A DNA stretch of 64,000 nucleotides, from the IMG/VR virus record IMGVR_UViG_3300032334_002567, positions 124,001 to 188,000 of that record. One strand, 5' to 3'. Below are positions 1 through 9,997 of this stretch, one piece after another. The position numbers and the translations under genes were made by a program. The stretch's first letter is position 1. Every line of letters begins with the position of its first letter. Below the pieces are notes generated by a model that was given only the letters and a program-made list of their open reading frames with translations, was not told the DNA's origin and ran no database searches.

Positions 1-600
1 TAGATCTATTCCTCGAAACATTTTTTTATTTGAATCGTAAACAGCAAAACGCTTTCTTTTTTCTACCTTCTTTTTAAGACTTGCATTGCCCCCATAAAAT
101 TTTTGTGCTCGACGAGCGTTTTCTTTTTGAGTTATATATTCTAAATTTACTATTTTGTTATTGTGTTTAACATGATCTTTATGATCAACTATCAAGCCAC
201 TTGCAACCAATTCTTTAACACCACAATCAGTCGAGTCCCAAATATCCTCTGAAATATATTTGGGACATATATACTTTAAAGGACAAAAAGAGTCCATTAC
301 AAGTCGATTGGCACCTACATTAATTATTTTTCGACCAAAGTCAAAGGCTCTATATCCTTTTTTACTTAGTTTGCCTTTTAGCAACTTTGGGTATTCACAT
401 AAAGTATAAATAGACCCAGCAAATTTTCCGTCTTTTATTTTTGGGGTTTTTTTCCAAAAGCTTCTAACATTTCCAAAATTAGAAACTTGATATCCTTTTA
501 TTTTTTTATCTTCATGATAACAATCAGTCCAAATTTCTATGCCTTTTTCACAATTTGCAATTGCATCCAAATAAAGTTTTTTAGCATTTTCTTTTTTCAT
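1..600 (-). CDS. NUMOD4 + HNH homing endonuclease (runs off the left edge; not in the ORF track)
   Basis: Manual minus-strand translation from ATG at 600: MKKENAKK...EIWTDC...KGYQVSNFGNVRS (NUMOD4 motif) ... VDHKDHVKHNNKIVNLEYITQKEN (HNH motif); open to position 1. Confidence 0.85.
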   Translation of the reverse strand, partial: MKKENAKKLYLDAIANCEKGIEIWTDCYHEDKKIKGYQVSNFGNVRSFWKKTPKIKDGKFAGSIYTLCEYPKLLKGKLSKKGYRAFDFGRKIINVGANRLVMDSFCPLKYICPKYISEDIWDSTDCGVKELVASGLIVDHKDHVKHNNKIVNLEYITQKENARRAQKFYGGNASLKKKVEKRKRFAVYDSNKKMFRGIDL

Positions 601-704
601 TCCTTAAGATAGTATCACCACACCAAAATCTATTAACGCAACCCTTGCTTGCTTTCTTTTTTTGCTGTACACTACTATTAACCATTAACTTAAGGTAAAA
701 ACTT

Positions 705-1559
705 ATGTCAAATAAAATTTCTTTAGAAAAAGATGTTCATTATAAAGAGTCCGAAGGTTATTTGAAAGTGCCAAAAGTTGGCATAATAAGACAGCCTTAT
801 ATTCAAGCTGGCGAAAACATTTCGGTTAAAAGAATTGGTGAGGAGGAATTTGAGTTTCAAATAGATGGATTAAGACCTTTCATTATAAATCCGCAGACAG
901 ACTTATCTAATTTAAGTGACATAACTATAGAACAACTAGCAGAAGAAATGTATCTTTGTGGAGAGTCTTCTGATGATAACTATAGATTTGCTAAATTTTC
1001 TAAAACTCGTAAGCATTTGAAAAACTATCAAAGACCAAAGATCAATACAAGGAAGGCAAATACTGATTATCATGTTTCCAATCTGACAAGTTTGCTTAGA
1101 TGCAAAAATTGCAAAAAATCTTCAAATGAAGCAACAAAAGATCAGCAAAAGGGTCGCCATGAGATGTTGTCTATTCCGTCTTTAAAGAGTTTTGTTAGTG
1201 AATTTACTCATCCTACTAATTATAAAGGTAAGTCTAAAATACCTAGTTTATTTTATCCGCCTCATGGCTCTTTGTTTGGTATTGGATTCATTTATGATGA
1301 AGACTTTGATGATAGAATATTAGTAGCCGTTACTAAGCTTCTTAGAGCACATTACAAGTCGATTATAGCTGCCAGCGAGCATGAAGGAGTTTTAAAGGTA
1401 TATTCTGTTGTTCCTTTTGCCTTAGATCGTCTAAAATCATGGGAAGATTTAACCAGTGATATGGAACTTAAAGTTTGTGGGGATGCCTGGTATATAGAAC
1501 AGTATGTTGTATGCGGAAATGAATGGGTAGATCCTAACAAACTTATTGACTCTTTGTAG
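705..1559 (+). CDS. hypothetical protein
   Basis: 284-aa ORF with an aaggt RBS-like sequence upstream; no recognisable family. Confidence 0.6.
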   Translation: MSNKISLEKDVHYKESEGYLKVPKVGIIRQPYIQAGENISVKRIGEEEFEFQIDGLRPFIINPQTDLSNLSDITIEQLAEEMYLCGESSDDNYRFAKFSKTRKHLKNYQRPKINTRKANTDYHVSNLTSLLRCKNCKKSSNEATKDQQKGRHEMLSIPSLKSFVSEFTHPTNYKGKSKIPSLFYPPHGSLFGIGFIYDEDFDDRILVAVTKLLRAHYKSIIAASEHEGVLKVYSVVPFALDRLKSWEDLTSDMELKVCGDAWYIEQYVVCGNEWVDPNKLIDSL

Positions 1560-1568
1560 TATTACAAA

Positions 1569-2975
1569 ATGAAAACCTGCGAAATCGTCGGCTTTGAACA
1601 TCTTCATCTTCATACGGATTTTTCATTATTAGATGGCTTCGGCCTCGTAGAGGAATACGCCCAACGTGCTCCTCAAATTAATCAGAAATTTCTTACTGTG
1701 AGCGATCACGGTATGCTTGGTGCTGTACCAAGACAAATAAAAGCATGTGAAAGAATAAATGAAAAGAAGGGTAAAGATACTCTATCCCCGATCTTTGCCG
1801 CAGAACTGTACATTAACCGCCTTCAACCAGAATCAAACTGTTTAGAAGACGTTCAAAAATTTGTTGCAGATTTAAATGAAGAAGAAAAAAATGAGATTAA
1901 AGCTAGTCCACATCTTTTAGCAATTGCTTACAACGATATTGGCTATAAGAACCTCGTCAGGCTCACTAGCTGGGGATGGACTAAAGGATTCTATAGAAAG
2001 CCAAGAGTCAATTATGAACAGCTTTTAAAGCATAAAGAAGGCTTGTTCTTCACTAGTTGCTGTTACAACAGTGAAGTAGGCAGGGCCTTTGATAAAGGCG
2101 GCGAAGAAGCAGCATATGCCGCTATTGAACGATATATAGAAATGGTTGGTAAAGACCATTATTTCTTGGAATTAATGCTTCTAGACTTTAAGAAGCAAAA
2201 GCCTTATGACGCTTTTATAATTAAAGCCCATGAAAAGTATGGTTTACCATTGATTTTGACTAATGATTGCCATTATTGCAATCAGGAAGACAGTAAGTTC
2301 CAAAGACTTATGTTGATGGTTCAAACAAATAGGACCGTTCAAGAAATACAAAGAGCTATAGCAGCAGATGATACTCAAGACTTTTTTGAGCTTCAGGATG
2401 CTAGCTTGTGGATGAAAAGCGAAGAAGAACTAAATCAAAAGTGGTTAGATCATTATTCTGACACAATACCCTATGAATTGTTCTGTGAAGCTAAGAAGAA
2501 CACTGTAAAGCTTTGTGAAAAAGCCAAAGGCGTTCAGCTAGATAGAAGCTTGAAACTTCCTAATCTTCCAGATGCAGATGAAGTTCTTAAAGACGAAGTT
2601 ATGAAGGGCTTCATTTCTAGAAATCTTCCAAAAACTAAAGAATATTTGGAAAGATTGAAAGAAGAATACTCCCTCATAACAAGGAAAGGCTTTTCTAGTT
2701 ACTTCTTAATACAAAAGAAGATGACAGATGAAGCAAGAAGAGTTTGTGCTAGCTTGTTAGGTTGGGGGGATGGTAGTCAAGCCGTGGGGCCTGGGCGGGG
2801 GAGTGCTGCTGGAGCTTTGACTTGTTATTGTTTAGGAATAACCAACGTAGACCCAGTAGCAGAAGGTCTTCTATTTAGTCGTTTTATGAGTGAGGCAAGA
2901 GGTGGAAGATCTATATCTTTAGAATTTAAGAATATGGATCCTTTGCCTGCTAACGAAGTTTTTGATGGAAACTGA
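1569..2975 (+). CDS. dnaE: DNA polymerase III alpha, N-terminal part (PHP domain plus start of palm)
   Basis: HLHLHTDFSLLDG, SDHG, GFYRKPR, TNDCHY, VGPGRGSAAG, LGITNVDP, LLFSRF; ends before the PDID catalytic motif. Confidence 0.92.
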   Translation: MKTCEIVGFEHLHLHTDFSLLDGFGLVEEYAQRAPQINQKFLTVSDHGMLGAVPRQIKACERINEKKGKDTLSPIFAAELYINRLQPESNCLEDVQKFVADLNEEEKNEIKASPHLLAIAYNDIGYKNLVRLTSWGWTKGFYRKPRVNYEQLLKHKEGLFFTSCCYNSEVGRAFDKGGEEAAYAAIERYIEMVGKDHYFLELMLLDFKKQKPYDAFIIKAHEKYGLPLILTNDCHYCNQEDSKFQRLMLMVQTNRTVQEIQRAIAADDTQDFFELQDASLWMKSEEELNQKWLDHYSDTIPYELFCEAKKNTVKLCEKAKGVQLDRSLKLPNLPDADEVLKDEVMKGFISRNLPKTKEYLERLKEEYSLITRKGFSSYFLIQKKMTDEARRVCASLLGWGDGSQAVGPGRGSAAGALTCYCLGITNVDPVAEGLLFSRFMSEARGGRSISLEFKNMDPLPANEVFDGN

Positions 2976-3690
2976 TAAGATTTATAATGAAAACTGCTTG
3001 GATACTATGTCTAGAATGCCAGATGGCTTCGTAGACTTGTCTTTAACTTCTCCTCCTTACAATATGAACCTAAGGATCAGAAACGGTTCTTATTGTTCTA
3101 GACAAATTATAAAGGAAGAGTTTAGTACAAAGTATTCTGAGTTCTCTGACAATATACCTATAGAAGAGTTTTATTCTAATCATAAAGCTATTTTAGCTGA
3201 GCTTCTTAGGGTTTCTAAAATAGTATTTTATAATATATCAATTGTTACTGGCTCGAAACGTGCTTTTTTTAAAATTATGGGCGACTTTTCTGATAACATA
3301 AAAGATATGATTGTATGGGATAAAGGACATGCTCAGCCAGCAATGAAATATAATGTATTAAATAGGCAGTATGAATTAATTCTAGTTCTAGAGAAGCAGG
3401 AAAGTGCAATATCTAGAATGTTTGATAAGTGCAATTTTGCCAGAGGAACCTTGAATGATATTTGGCTGGTAAAGAAGCCTAAAAAAATATCAAAGGATCA
3501 CGCTGCGATATTTCCCGAAGAATTAGCATCAAAAATAATATCAAACTTTACTGATATTAACGACCTAGTTTATGATCCTTTTATGGGAAGTGGAACTACT
3601 GCGGTTGTGGCTAAAAACTTAAAGAGAAGGTATATCGGTAGCGAGATTAGTGAAAAATATTGTAATATAGCAAACGAAAGATTACTATAA
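2965..3690 (+). CDS. DNA methyltransferase (N4-C/N6-A, beta class)
   Basis: TSPPY catalytic motif followed by HAAIFP and DPFMGSGTT SAM-binding motif. Confidence 0.9.
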   Translation: METDKIYNENCLDTMSRMPDGFVDLSLTSPPYNMNLRIRNGSYCSRQIIKEEFSTKYSEFSDNIPIEEFYSNHKAILAELLRVSKIVFYNISIVTGSKRAFFKIMGDFSDNIKDMIVWDKGHAQPAMKYNVLNRQYELILVLEKQESAISRMFDKCNFARGTLNDIWLVKKPKKISKDHAAIFPEELASKIISNFTDINDLVYDPFMGSGTTAVVAKNLKRRYIGSEISEKYCNIANERLL

Positions 3691-3696
3691 ACTTTT

Positions 3697-4611
3697 TTAG
3701 TACTTGGGCATAAATGGGTTTCTAGGCATACGGTTTTCGCCACCCATATCTTCGTCTGAATAATCTTCATCGCCCATATCTTCTTCTTCATCGCCCATGT
3801 CTTCGTCGCCCATATCATCTTCTGAAGGTTCTTCGTCGCCCATGTCTTCATCGCCCATATCGTCTTCATCTTCGTCTGAGTAATCTTCATCGCCCATATC
3901 TTCATCGTTAGAGGCTGAGCAACCTTCGCTACCCTCTTCGTCCTCTTCATCGCCGTACTTTTCGCTTTCTTCATCGCTGTCCATACCAATAGGAGAGGCT
4001 ACCATTTCATTTAAAGCCTTGTCTATTTTTCTTGCATAGGATTCATCGCTTTCAATGAGCTTGGCTAAGACCGTAAATGACTCATTGTGGTTTAGCATTT
4101 CTACCAAGAAAGCTTCTAGCATTTTGTTTCTTTTAACATCTCTAACAAAGTTGGTAATGCTCTTTTCGCTGCACTTGCAAGCTTCGATCATATTTCTAGT
4201 TGCTTCTAATGCAAATGACTGACATTCTGAAGATTCATTTTTGATCATATTCTTGGTGAACTCAGCAAGAGAGAGTTTCTTTGTTTGCTTAACCCATTCT
4301 TCTACTGTGGTTTTTGGCCAAGACTTCTTCTCTTCTGGGTCGGCATCGACGTTTGGTTCATATCTTAGATTCTTGTCGCCCTTATAGACCAAGCCAGACT
4401 CATCTTCTTTATTTGGGTCTTTTGCATTGTCTCCACCAACATAAGGAGCGGGTTCCCCTACCGTTCCTTTTCCACCTGCATCTTTTGGCATTTCTGCTTT
4501 GCCTGGCTTTGTAACTCTGTTGCCTTCGTAGTCTGCTACCTTTGCAACCTTAGCCTTGGTTTGTACATTGCCATTTTGATCGATGTATTCTTGGAAAGTC
4601 TTAAACTTCAT
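3697..4611 (-). CDS. acidic-tailed hypothetical protein with CTS-like N-terminus (possible head core/internal protein)
   Basis: Starts MKFKTFQEYI; C-terminal DMGDE repeats; AGGAG RBS and ATATATA box upstream. Confidence 0.6.
   Translation of the reverse strand: MKFKTFQEYIDQNGNVQTKAKVAKVADYEGNRVTKPGKAEMPKDAGGKGTVGEPAPYVGGDNAKDPNKEDESGLVYKGDKNLRYEPNVDADPEEKKSWPKTTVEEWVKQTKKLSLAEFTKNMIKNESSECQSFALEATRNMIEACKCSEKSITNFVRDVKRNKMLEAFLVEMLNHNESFTVLAKLIESDESYARKIDKALNEMVASPIGMDSDEESEKYGDEEDEEGSEGCSASNDEDMGDEDYSDEDEDDMGDEDMGDEEPSEDDMGDEDMGDEEEDMGDEDYSDEDMGGENRMPRNPFMPKY
3737..3905 (-). repeat. imperfect coding repeats encoding (E)DMGDE
   Basis: Repeated TTC(A/G)TCGCCCAT(A/G)TC units on the plus strand. 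Confidence 0.75.
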
Positions 4612-4691
4612 GGGGAGTCTCCTTTTTCTGTATATATTGTGTACTAATTAATTTTTTTAGTTAAAAACGTTTTATTTTGATATATAAAATC

Positions 4692-5186
4692 ATGATATCT
4701 TTTAAAAGCTGGCTATTTGAAAACGATGCAGAGCACACAGAGACTTTAAAAAAAACGGGTTTCTGGGGCAAACAAGGAGCTGGCTGCATTATATTATCAA
4801 AAAGTACAGGTAGAATATTGTTGCCACATAGATCAAACAAAACCCTTGAGCCTAATACTTGGGGAGTTTGGGGTGGTGCTATAGACGGTGCAGAAAACCC
4901 ACAGATAGCAGCAAAAAGAGAGGTTGAAGAAGAGGCAGGATACTCTGGTCATGCCGCTATGGTGCCATTGTCTATTTTTCAGAAAAACGATTTTAAGTAT
5001 CACAACTTCTTAGCGATTGTGGATGAAGAATTCGTTCCACAACTTAACTGGGAAACACAAAACTATGTCTGGACAACTTTAGATGAACTTCCAAGTCCTC
5101 TCCATTTCGGTTTACAGTGGGTTTTATCTAGAGACAAAGGTAAAATTCAGAGTATTATAGATTCATTCAATTTAGTGCCCGCTTAA
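4692..5186 (+). CDS. Nudix hydrolase with CTS-like N-terminus
   Basis: Nudix box GGAIDGAENPQIAAKREVEEEAG; likely start MISFKSWLFE at 4692. Confidence 0.88.
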   Translation: MISFKSWLFENDAEHTETLKKTGFWGKQGAGCIILSKSTGRILLPHRSNKTLEPNTWGVWGGAIDGAENPQIAAKREVEEEAGYSGHAAMVPLSIFQKNDFKYHNFLAIVDEEFVPQLNWETQNYVWTTLDELPSPLHFGLQWVLSRDKGKIQSIIDSFNLVPA

Positions 5187-5215
5187 TATTTTATATTTGG
5201 CACTCTATTGGAGGT

Positions 5216-5440
5216 ATGCAAAAATATAATTGTACTATACCTGTAACTGGTGGTCCTATGTGTGGAGAGTCACTAGCCGTAAAAGATGGTAGAATTCCCA
5301 ATCATTTGCCTTTATTCTTTGAAGGCAAATTTTACTCATACAATCTGGTCATAGAGTCCACAGAAGATTGGACTAACATCTATTATCAATATTCTAATGA
5401 AGTTTTAGGAATTAATGTGGATAAAAGAAATCAATTATAA
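5216..5440 (+). CDS. hypothetical protein
   Basis: 74-aa ORF, GGAGG RBS. Confidence 0.55.
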   Translation: MQKYNCTIPVTGGPMCGESLAVKDGRIPNHLPLFFEGKFYSYNLVIESTEDWTNIYYQYSNEVLGINVDKRNQL

Positions 5441-5676
5441 GTTATTACTTTCATGGAATTAGACTTTACATTTGAGTAATCTGGCCCACCGAATGGGTTA
5501 GATTTTGCATTTGAGTAATCTGGCCCACCGAATGGGTTAGATTTCGCATTTGAGTAATTTGGTCCACCGAATGGATTATTGTTTACATGGTTTTTTGTTG
5601 TAATTTTTTTGCTACACATAACGTAGCTAATTAATATAACAAAAATGATAAGCATTACTATTTTTATTTTTTTCAT
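5431..5676 (-). CDS. small membrane-anchored protein with 13-aa tandem repeats
   Basis: N-terminal hydrophobic helix; three copies of NPFGGP(N/D)YSN(A/V)KS. Confidence 0.65.
   Translation of the reverse strand: MKKIKIVMLIIFVILISYVMCSKKITTKNHVNNNPFGGPNYSNAKSNPFGGPDYSNAKSNPFGGPDYSNVKSNSMKVITYN
5469..5578. repeat. 39-bp tandem repeat x3 (coding)
   Basis: CATTTGAGTAATCTGGCCCACCGAATGGGTTAGATTT units at about 5469, 5508 and 5547. Confidence 0.9.
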
Positions 5677-5708
5677 ATTTTATTTAGTTTGTAGCTTAAA
5701 TAATTATT

Positions 5709-6512
5709 ATGTTTAAATTGTGGCTTGAAAATGAAGAAAGTACTTGCACTTTAAAGATAAGCAAGCCTAATGCTAAAATACCTCATTATAACTTTAATTT
5801 GCCAGCAGGATTTACTTGTCCTTTTGCATCAAAATGTTTATCAAAAGCTGATCCAACAACTGGCAAGTTAACAGATGGACCTAATATAGATTTTAGGTGT
5901 TCTGCCGCTGGAGAAGAAGCTCGTTATCCACCTACAAGAGCACAGAGATGGAGTAACTTTGAAGCCTTGAAAGCTATAGGTTTAGACAATGTACCCAAAA
6001 TGGCAGATGCTATTGTACAGGCAATAAACCATAACTTACCAAGAAGTCATCGTACATTCAGGCTACATGCTAGTGGTGACTTCTTTAATAAGAACTATTT
6101 AAAAGCTTGGATAGAAGTTGCTCGTAGAATGCCAGATATTACTTTTTATACCTATACAAAGAGTATACCTTATATTTTAGAAAATCTACCATTACCGAAT
6201 AATTTTCTTGTGACTGTTTCCAAAGGTGGACAACAAGATGCTTTAATTGATAGGAATGGACTCAAATTTTCTGTAGTTGTTTTTAGTGAAGAAGAAGCGG
6301 CAAACTATGTTTGGCATGATAAGAGCGGCAAACAGCATGTAGGATTAGAAATTGATCATGACGATAGCCATGCTTGGAAAGATGACAAACCTTTTGCTCT
6401 ATTAATTCATGGAACACAACCAGCCGGTTCGCCCGCTTCTAAGGCTAAATCTGCACTTGCTGGAAAGGGTTCCTACGGAAAATCTAGCAATAATAGTAGT
6501 AAAACTACATAA
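5709..6512 (+). CDS. phage Gp88-like protein with CTS-like N-terminus
   Basis: LPAGFTCP..C..C, FRLHASGDF and FYTYTKS motifs typical of the Gp88 family; starts MFKLWLENEE. Confidence 0.7.
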   Translation: MFKLWLENEESTCTLKISKPNAKIPHYNFNLPAGFTCPFASKCLSKADPTTGKLTDGPNIDFRCSAAGEEARYPPTRAQRWSNFEALKAIGLDNVPKMADAIVQAINHNLPRSHRTFRLHASGDFFNKNYLKAWIEVARRMPDITFYTYTKSIPYILENLPLPNNFLVTVSKGGQQDALIDRNGLKFSVVVFSEEEAANYVWHDKSGKQHVGLEIDHDDSHAWKDDKPFALLIHGTQPAGSPASKAKSALAGKGSYGKSSNNSSKTT

Positions 6513-6996
6513 CTACTGTTTTAGGTTTGCTATTTTGAATTGCTGCCATAATATTTTGAGATTTGGTTGTCAAAATCTGGTTTGCAACTTGCTGTGAGAA
6601 GCCAGGTGAAATTGAATTCTGATTAACAGCATTCGTTGATTGTTGAGATATGTTTTCTTTTTCTTCTTCGCTCAAGTATTGCAATGTTTGATCTGAAACA
6701 TCAAAGTATGACATTACCGTTCTGTCTACTAAAGAAGGATCTCTATTTTGCGCTTTAGAAAGCATATTTTTTTTCGCCATTTCTGCCGCTTGTTTGATTG
6801 ATGATCTGCCAAACCATGCTTTTTTTGCTTGTGACGCACCCCTCAATAGTGCTGAGCCTAAAGTAAAGGCTGTGCTCATCCCAGAGGCATCAAGAGCAAG
6901 TTGACCAGCAGCACCAGCAATGGTTTTTACTGCACCCTGAGCGTCTTTTCTATATTGTAAAATATTAGACTCTATATATTCAGCAAAACTTTTCAT
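6505..6996 (-). CDS. hypothetical protein with CTS-like N-terminus
   Basis: Likely start MKSFAEYIES at 6996 (the longer ORF would overlap tmRNA); TAAATA box 5 nt upstream. Confidence 0.6.
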   Translation of the reverse strand: MKSFAEYIESNILQYRKDAQGAVKTIAGAAGQLALDASGMSTAFTLGSALLRGASQAKKAWFGRSSIKQAAEMAKKNMLSKAQNRDPSLVDRTVMSYFDVSDQTLQYLSEEEKENISQQSTNAVNQNSISPGFSQQVANQILTTKSQNIMAAIQNSKPKTVVM

Positions 6997-7054
6997 ATTC
7001 GTATTTATCCTTGGTTGGATAAAAATTGGCTGGAAAGACACCGCAAATTTAAAC

Positions 7055-7082
7055 TTTACAAGTGATTTTTTTGTGCTATACT
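7055..7082 (+). promoter_or_regulatory. sigma70-like promoter for tmRNA
   Basis: TTTACA-N16-TATACT with TGn extended -10, 12 nt before the tmRNA 5' end. Confidence 0.7.
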
Positions 7083-7094
7083 CATTTATTGTTA

Positions 7095-7444
7095 GGGGTC
7101 GCACTGGTATCGACGTAGTACAAGGAGATATTGGTGGCACGCCGAGGTTGATCGAAAGGCCTCGTAAAAATTCGATCACGTCTTAACTGACGAAGTTTCT
7201 TACGCAATGGCTGCCTGAGAAGGCAACCACAAACTTAGGAAGCCACGCAAGAAGCGTCCAAAAGTTTGTCGCAAAATCTTGCTGGTTTCAATTGGTCAAC
7301 TTAGTTGAAACGAGATTAATAGGTTGAAAAGATTCTTAGACTTTTGTTCGTTGTAGTCGAAAGAATCTTATGAACAACGAAACAAGCGTGTAGAGGCCAT
7401 ATTGAGTTTGCTTACGGACAGGGGTTCGACTCCCCTCGACTCCA
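7095..7444 (+). ncRNA. ssrA: tmRNA, tag peptide (A)DEVSYAMAA
   Basis: Acceptor stem GGGGTCG/CGACTCC with G3.U; T arm AGGGG-TTCGACT-CCCCT; pk1-like region then TAACT resume context; tag frame 7189-7218 ends MAA-TGA; 3' end reads CTA, so CCA is not encoded. Confidence 0.95.
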
Positions 7445-7446
7445 CT

Positions 7447-7482
7447 AAAAGGAGGACTACGAAAGTGGTCCTCCTTTTTTTT
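7447..7482 (+). terminator. rho-independent terminator after tmRNA
   Basis: AAAAGGAGGACTAC-GAAA-GTGGTCCTCCTTTT followed by a T run. Confidence 0.85.
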
Positions 7483-7566
7483 CCATTTACTTCTCAATAT
7501 ACCCCTTTATTTTCATATATAATATAGGTGCAATGAATGCACTGCTTTTTAAAAAGGAGTTTAATT

Positions 7567-8208
7567 ATGGCAGCTACAACAACAGAAGGAACCGGTGCCG
7601 GTTCAGCAGGTAAATATAATCCATTAATCATTAATGGAAAAGTTAAGGATGTAAACGTTTCTCGTAATGCTCTAGATATGTATAGAGGTTATTTGAGTGT
7701 CGATGGTCTTGATCTAATGAATCCTATTGCTACTATTACAGGTGATTTGGATGTTACGGGCGACATTGAAGCCACAGGTTATGTTCGTGGGCACTTAGCA
7801 GGTCAATTGTTAAATACTGCTTTCTGGACATTCGATAATGGTGTTATAGTATGCTCAAACACTTCTTTTACAGATGTTGCTAGCGTATCATACACACCAG
7901 TATCAGCAACATCAAAGTTGTTAATTGAATATCATGCTATGTATACTGTTAGTGGTAGTTTGGGAGACAGCTTTAGATCAAGACTAACACTTGATGGAAA
8001 TCAACTTACTTGGAGGGACCAAGCATTCTATAATGGTGCAGGCGGCGGAACTAGAAGCGGTGTTTTATTCCCAATTTCTATGGTTTATACAAACAGCAAT
8101 GTTGCTCTCAAGACTATAAGAGCACAGGCTGCAAGAGTTAGTGCTGATGATAGCGTATCTCTTGATACAACATCTGCTTACTTAAGAATATCTGAATATG
8201 CTCGCTAA
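7567..8208 (+). CDS. putative virion structural / fibre-like protein
   Basis: Start MAATTTEGTGAGS after AGGAG; G/T/S-rich, beta-rich C-terminal domain ending LRISEY; TATATA box upstream. Confidence 0.5.
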   Translation: MAATTTEGTGAGSAGKYNPLIINGKVKDVNVSRNALDMYRGYLSVDGLDLMNPIATITGDLDVTGDIEATGYVRGHLAGQLLNTAFWTFDNGVIVCSNTSFTDVASVSYTPVSATSKLLIEYHAMYTVSGSLGDSFRSRLTLDGNQLTWRDQAFYNGAGGGTRSGVLFPISMVYTNSNVALKTIRAQAARVSADDSVSLDTTSAYLRISEYAR

Positions 8209-8232
8209 AAAATCTTAGTTTTTAAGAATTTT

Positions 8233-8266
8233 AAACACCCGGCCCAAAAGGTCGGGTGTTTTTTTG
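8233..8266 (+). terminator. rho-independent terminator
   Basis: AAACACCCGGCC-CAAAA-GGTCGGGTGTTT followed by a T run. Confidence 0.8.
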
Positions 8267-8316
8267 TAGCTGATCTTAAAAGTGTAAAGTATTTACTATT
8301 AATATTTTGTAAATAA

Positions 8317-8388
8317 TGCGAGGTAGCATAACGGTAATGCAGCAAACTGTTAATTTGTAAAATGTCAGTTCGACTCTGACCTTCGCAG
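8317..8388 (+). tRNA. tRNA-Asn(GTT)
   Basis: Acceptor TGCGAGG/CTTCGCA; anticodon arm GCAAA-CTGTTAA-TTTGT; T arm GTCAG-TTCGACT-CTGAC; no encoded CCA. Confidence 0.92.
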
Positions 8389-8435
8389 TAATTTTTTAAA
8401 TATTGGCACGAATTAATATAATATGGAAGGACACG

Positions 8436-9011
8436 ATGCGACATAGCTCTTTGGAAAAAGCATATAAAGACATACAAACAACCAGTTTAGATTCAACGCC
8501 GATTGTCAGCAATATTTACGGCGTTGAAGTGCGAAGACCAACAGTTCATAACGATCACCGTGGTCGGTTATTTGAAGTCTTTCCTGGCACCAACACCACA
8601 GATATTTTTTGGGATAAACCTGTAGTCTATTGTTACATGTTTAGTATTCGGGCAAACCAAATTAAAGGATGGGGTTTACACGAGCATAAAGATGACCGCT
8701 ACACTTTAATCAAAGGAGAAGTACTTAATGTGCTTTTTGATGCTCGTCCTGATTCGCCCACCTACTTAAAGACACAAAATGTATACCTCAGCGAACAGGG
8801 AAACCGTTCGTTAAAAATACCAACAGGAGTTTGGCATTGTAATATAAATATTTCTGATACCGAAACCCTGTTGGTGAACCATCCTACCGAAGTTTACAAA
8901 CATGAGGCGCCAGATAGATTGCTATTACCTTGGAATTCACCTGAAATACCAGTTGATTTAAAAAAATATTTTCCTATCCAACAAATGCAGCATGAACAAT
9001 GTTCGTGTTAA
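8436..9011 (+). CDS. rmlC: dTDP-4-dehydrorhamnose 3,5-epimerase-like cupin
   Basis: DHRGRLFE, KGWGLH, DARPDSPTY and IPTGVWH motifs. Confidence 0.75.
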   Translation: MRHSSLEKAYKDIQTTSLDSTPIVSNIYGVEVRRPTVHNDHRGRLFEVFPGTNTTDIFWDKPVVYCYMFSIRANQIKGWGLHEHKDDRYTLIKGEVLNVLFDARPDSPTYLKTQNVYLSEQGNRSLKIPTGVWHCNINISDTETLLVNHPTEVYKHEAPDRLLLPWNSPEIPVDLKKYFPIQQMQHEQCSC

Positions 9012-9022
9012 AGAGAATAAGC

Positions 9023-9712
9023 ATGGTAATTGCATCTATATTAATTCCGACTCATAACCATGGTGAACTCATCAATTTCGCTGTACAGTCAGTTCTAGAA
9101 CAAACTGTACAAGACTTTGAATTGTTTATTATTGGGGACGGTCCAACAAAAGAAACACGTGTCGCTGCTCAAGCTCTGGTAAACGATAAGGTTAAATACG
9201 AAGAATTTCCTAAAGCAGGACGAACCGGCGAACCACATCGTCATCATGTAATAACAAAAAAAACGACGGGCAAATATATTTTCTATTTAAGCGATGATGA
9301 TATTTGGACCAAACGACACCTTGAAACAATGCTACAAGCTCTTCAGTCGGGAAACTTTTGTCACTCAAAATATATTGAAGTCATGGGAAAACCTCGCCAT
9401 GAACACTTGTTACCAAATGACAAGAAGCTGTTAATTAAACAAAATTTCAACTTCATTCCACTTTCTTGTGGTGCACATAGTAGAGGTTTATACGCTAAAC
9501 TTAAAGAAGGATGGACTGAGACACCAGAAAAATACCATACCGATCATTATATGTGGAAAAAACTGGTTTCTCACCCTGATTGCCTTTCGACAAGTTCAAA
9601 ACATACAACTGTTATAAATTTTCCTAGCAAAAACAGGATGAATGAGAGTATTGATTCACGCAAGCAAGAGATAGAAAAGTGGTTAGCAGAAAATACCCAA
9701 ACAATTGCGTGA
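9023..9712 (+). CDS. glycosyltransferase family 2
   Basis: SILIPTHN, SVLEQT, IGDG, YLSDDD. Confidence 0.85.
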   Translation: MVIASILIPTHNHGELINFAVQSVLEQTVQDFELFIIGDGPTKETRVAAQALVNDKVKYEEFPKAGRTGEPHRHHVITKKTTGKYIFYLSDDDIWTKRHLETMLQALQSGNFCHSKYIEVMGKPRHEHLLPNDKKLLIKQNFNFIPLSCGAHSRGLYAKLKEGWTETPEKYHTDHYMWKKLVSHPDCLSTSSKHTTVINFPSKNRMNESIDSRKQEIEKWLAENTQTIA

Positions 9713-9794
9713 AATGCTCATCAATTTGCTATTATTGGCATTGATTTTTTAATTTTATTTCATTAGAATATATCGTTCGGAGGCTGACGCAAGT

Positions 9795-9865
9795 GCGGAA
9801 ATAGTTTAATGGTAGAACTACCGTCTCCAAAGCGGTTGGTGAGGGTTCGATTCCTTCTTTCCGTG
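9795..9865 (+). tRNA. tRNA-Trp(CCA)
   Basis: Acceptor GCGGAAA/TTTCCGT; anticodon arm ACCGT-CTCCAAA-GCGGT; T arm GAGGG-TTCGATT-CCTTC. Confidence 0.92.
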
Positions 9866-9997
9866 CTTTTGGTGATTTTCCTGAGCGGTCAAAAATCACT
9901 CACTACTTTTAAAACACAGGTTAAAAGGAGAAAAAGAAAAAACAAAAAAGTTTTAATCTCTATATAATATAGGTTCTTTTACATGGAGGTTTAGATC

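Noticed and set aside
3570-3989. 139-aa ORF with MKTWA repeats
   Set aside because: It is an alternate-frame shadow of the DMGDE repeats in 3697-4611.
5469-5578. 39-bp repeats as a CRISPR array
   Set aside because: The units are head-to-tail with no spacers and in frame (13 aa) within an ORF; no cas genes are visible.
6997-7179. N-terminal extension of ORF 6505-7179
   Set aside because: It overlaps tmRNA and its promoter; the tagged start at 6996 is more plausible.
9871-9900. Third tRNA after tRNA-Trp
   Set aside because: A D-loop-like GAGCGGTC sits in a simple hairpin GGTGATTTT/AAAATCACT with no anticodon or T arm; at most a remnant.
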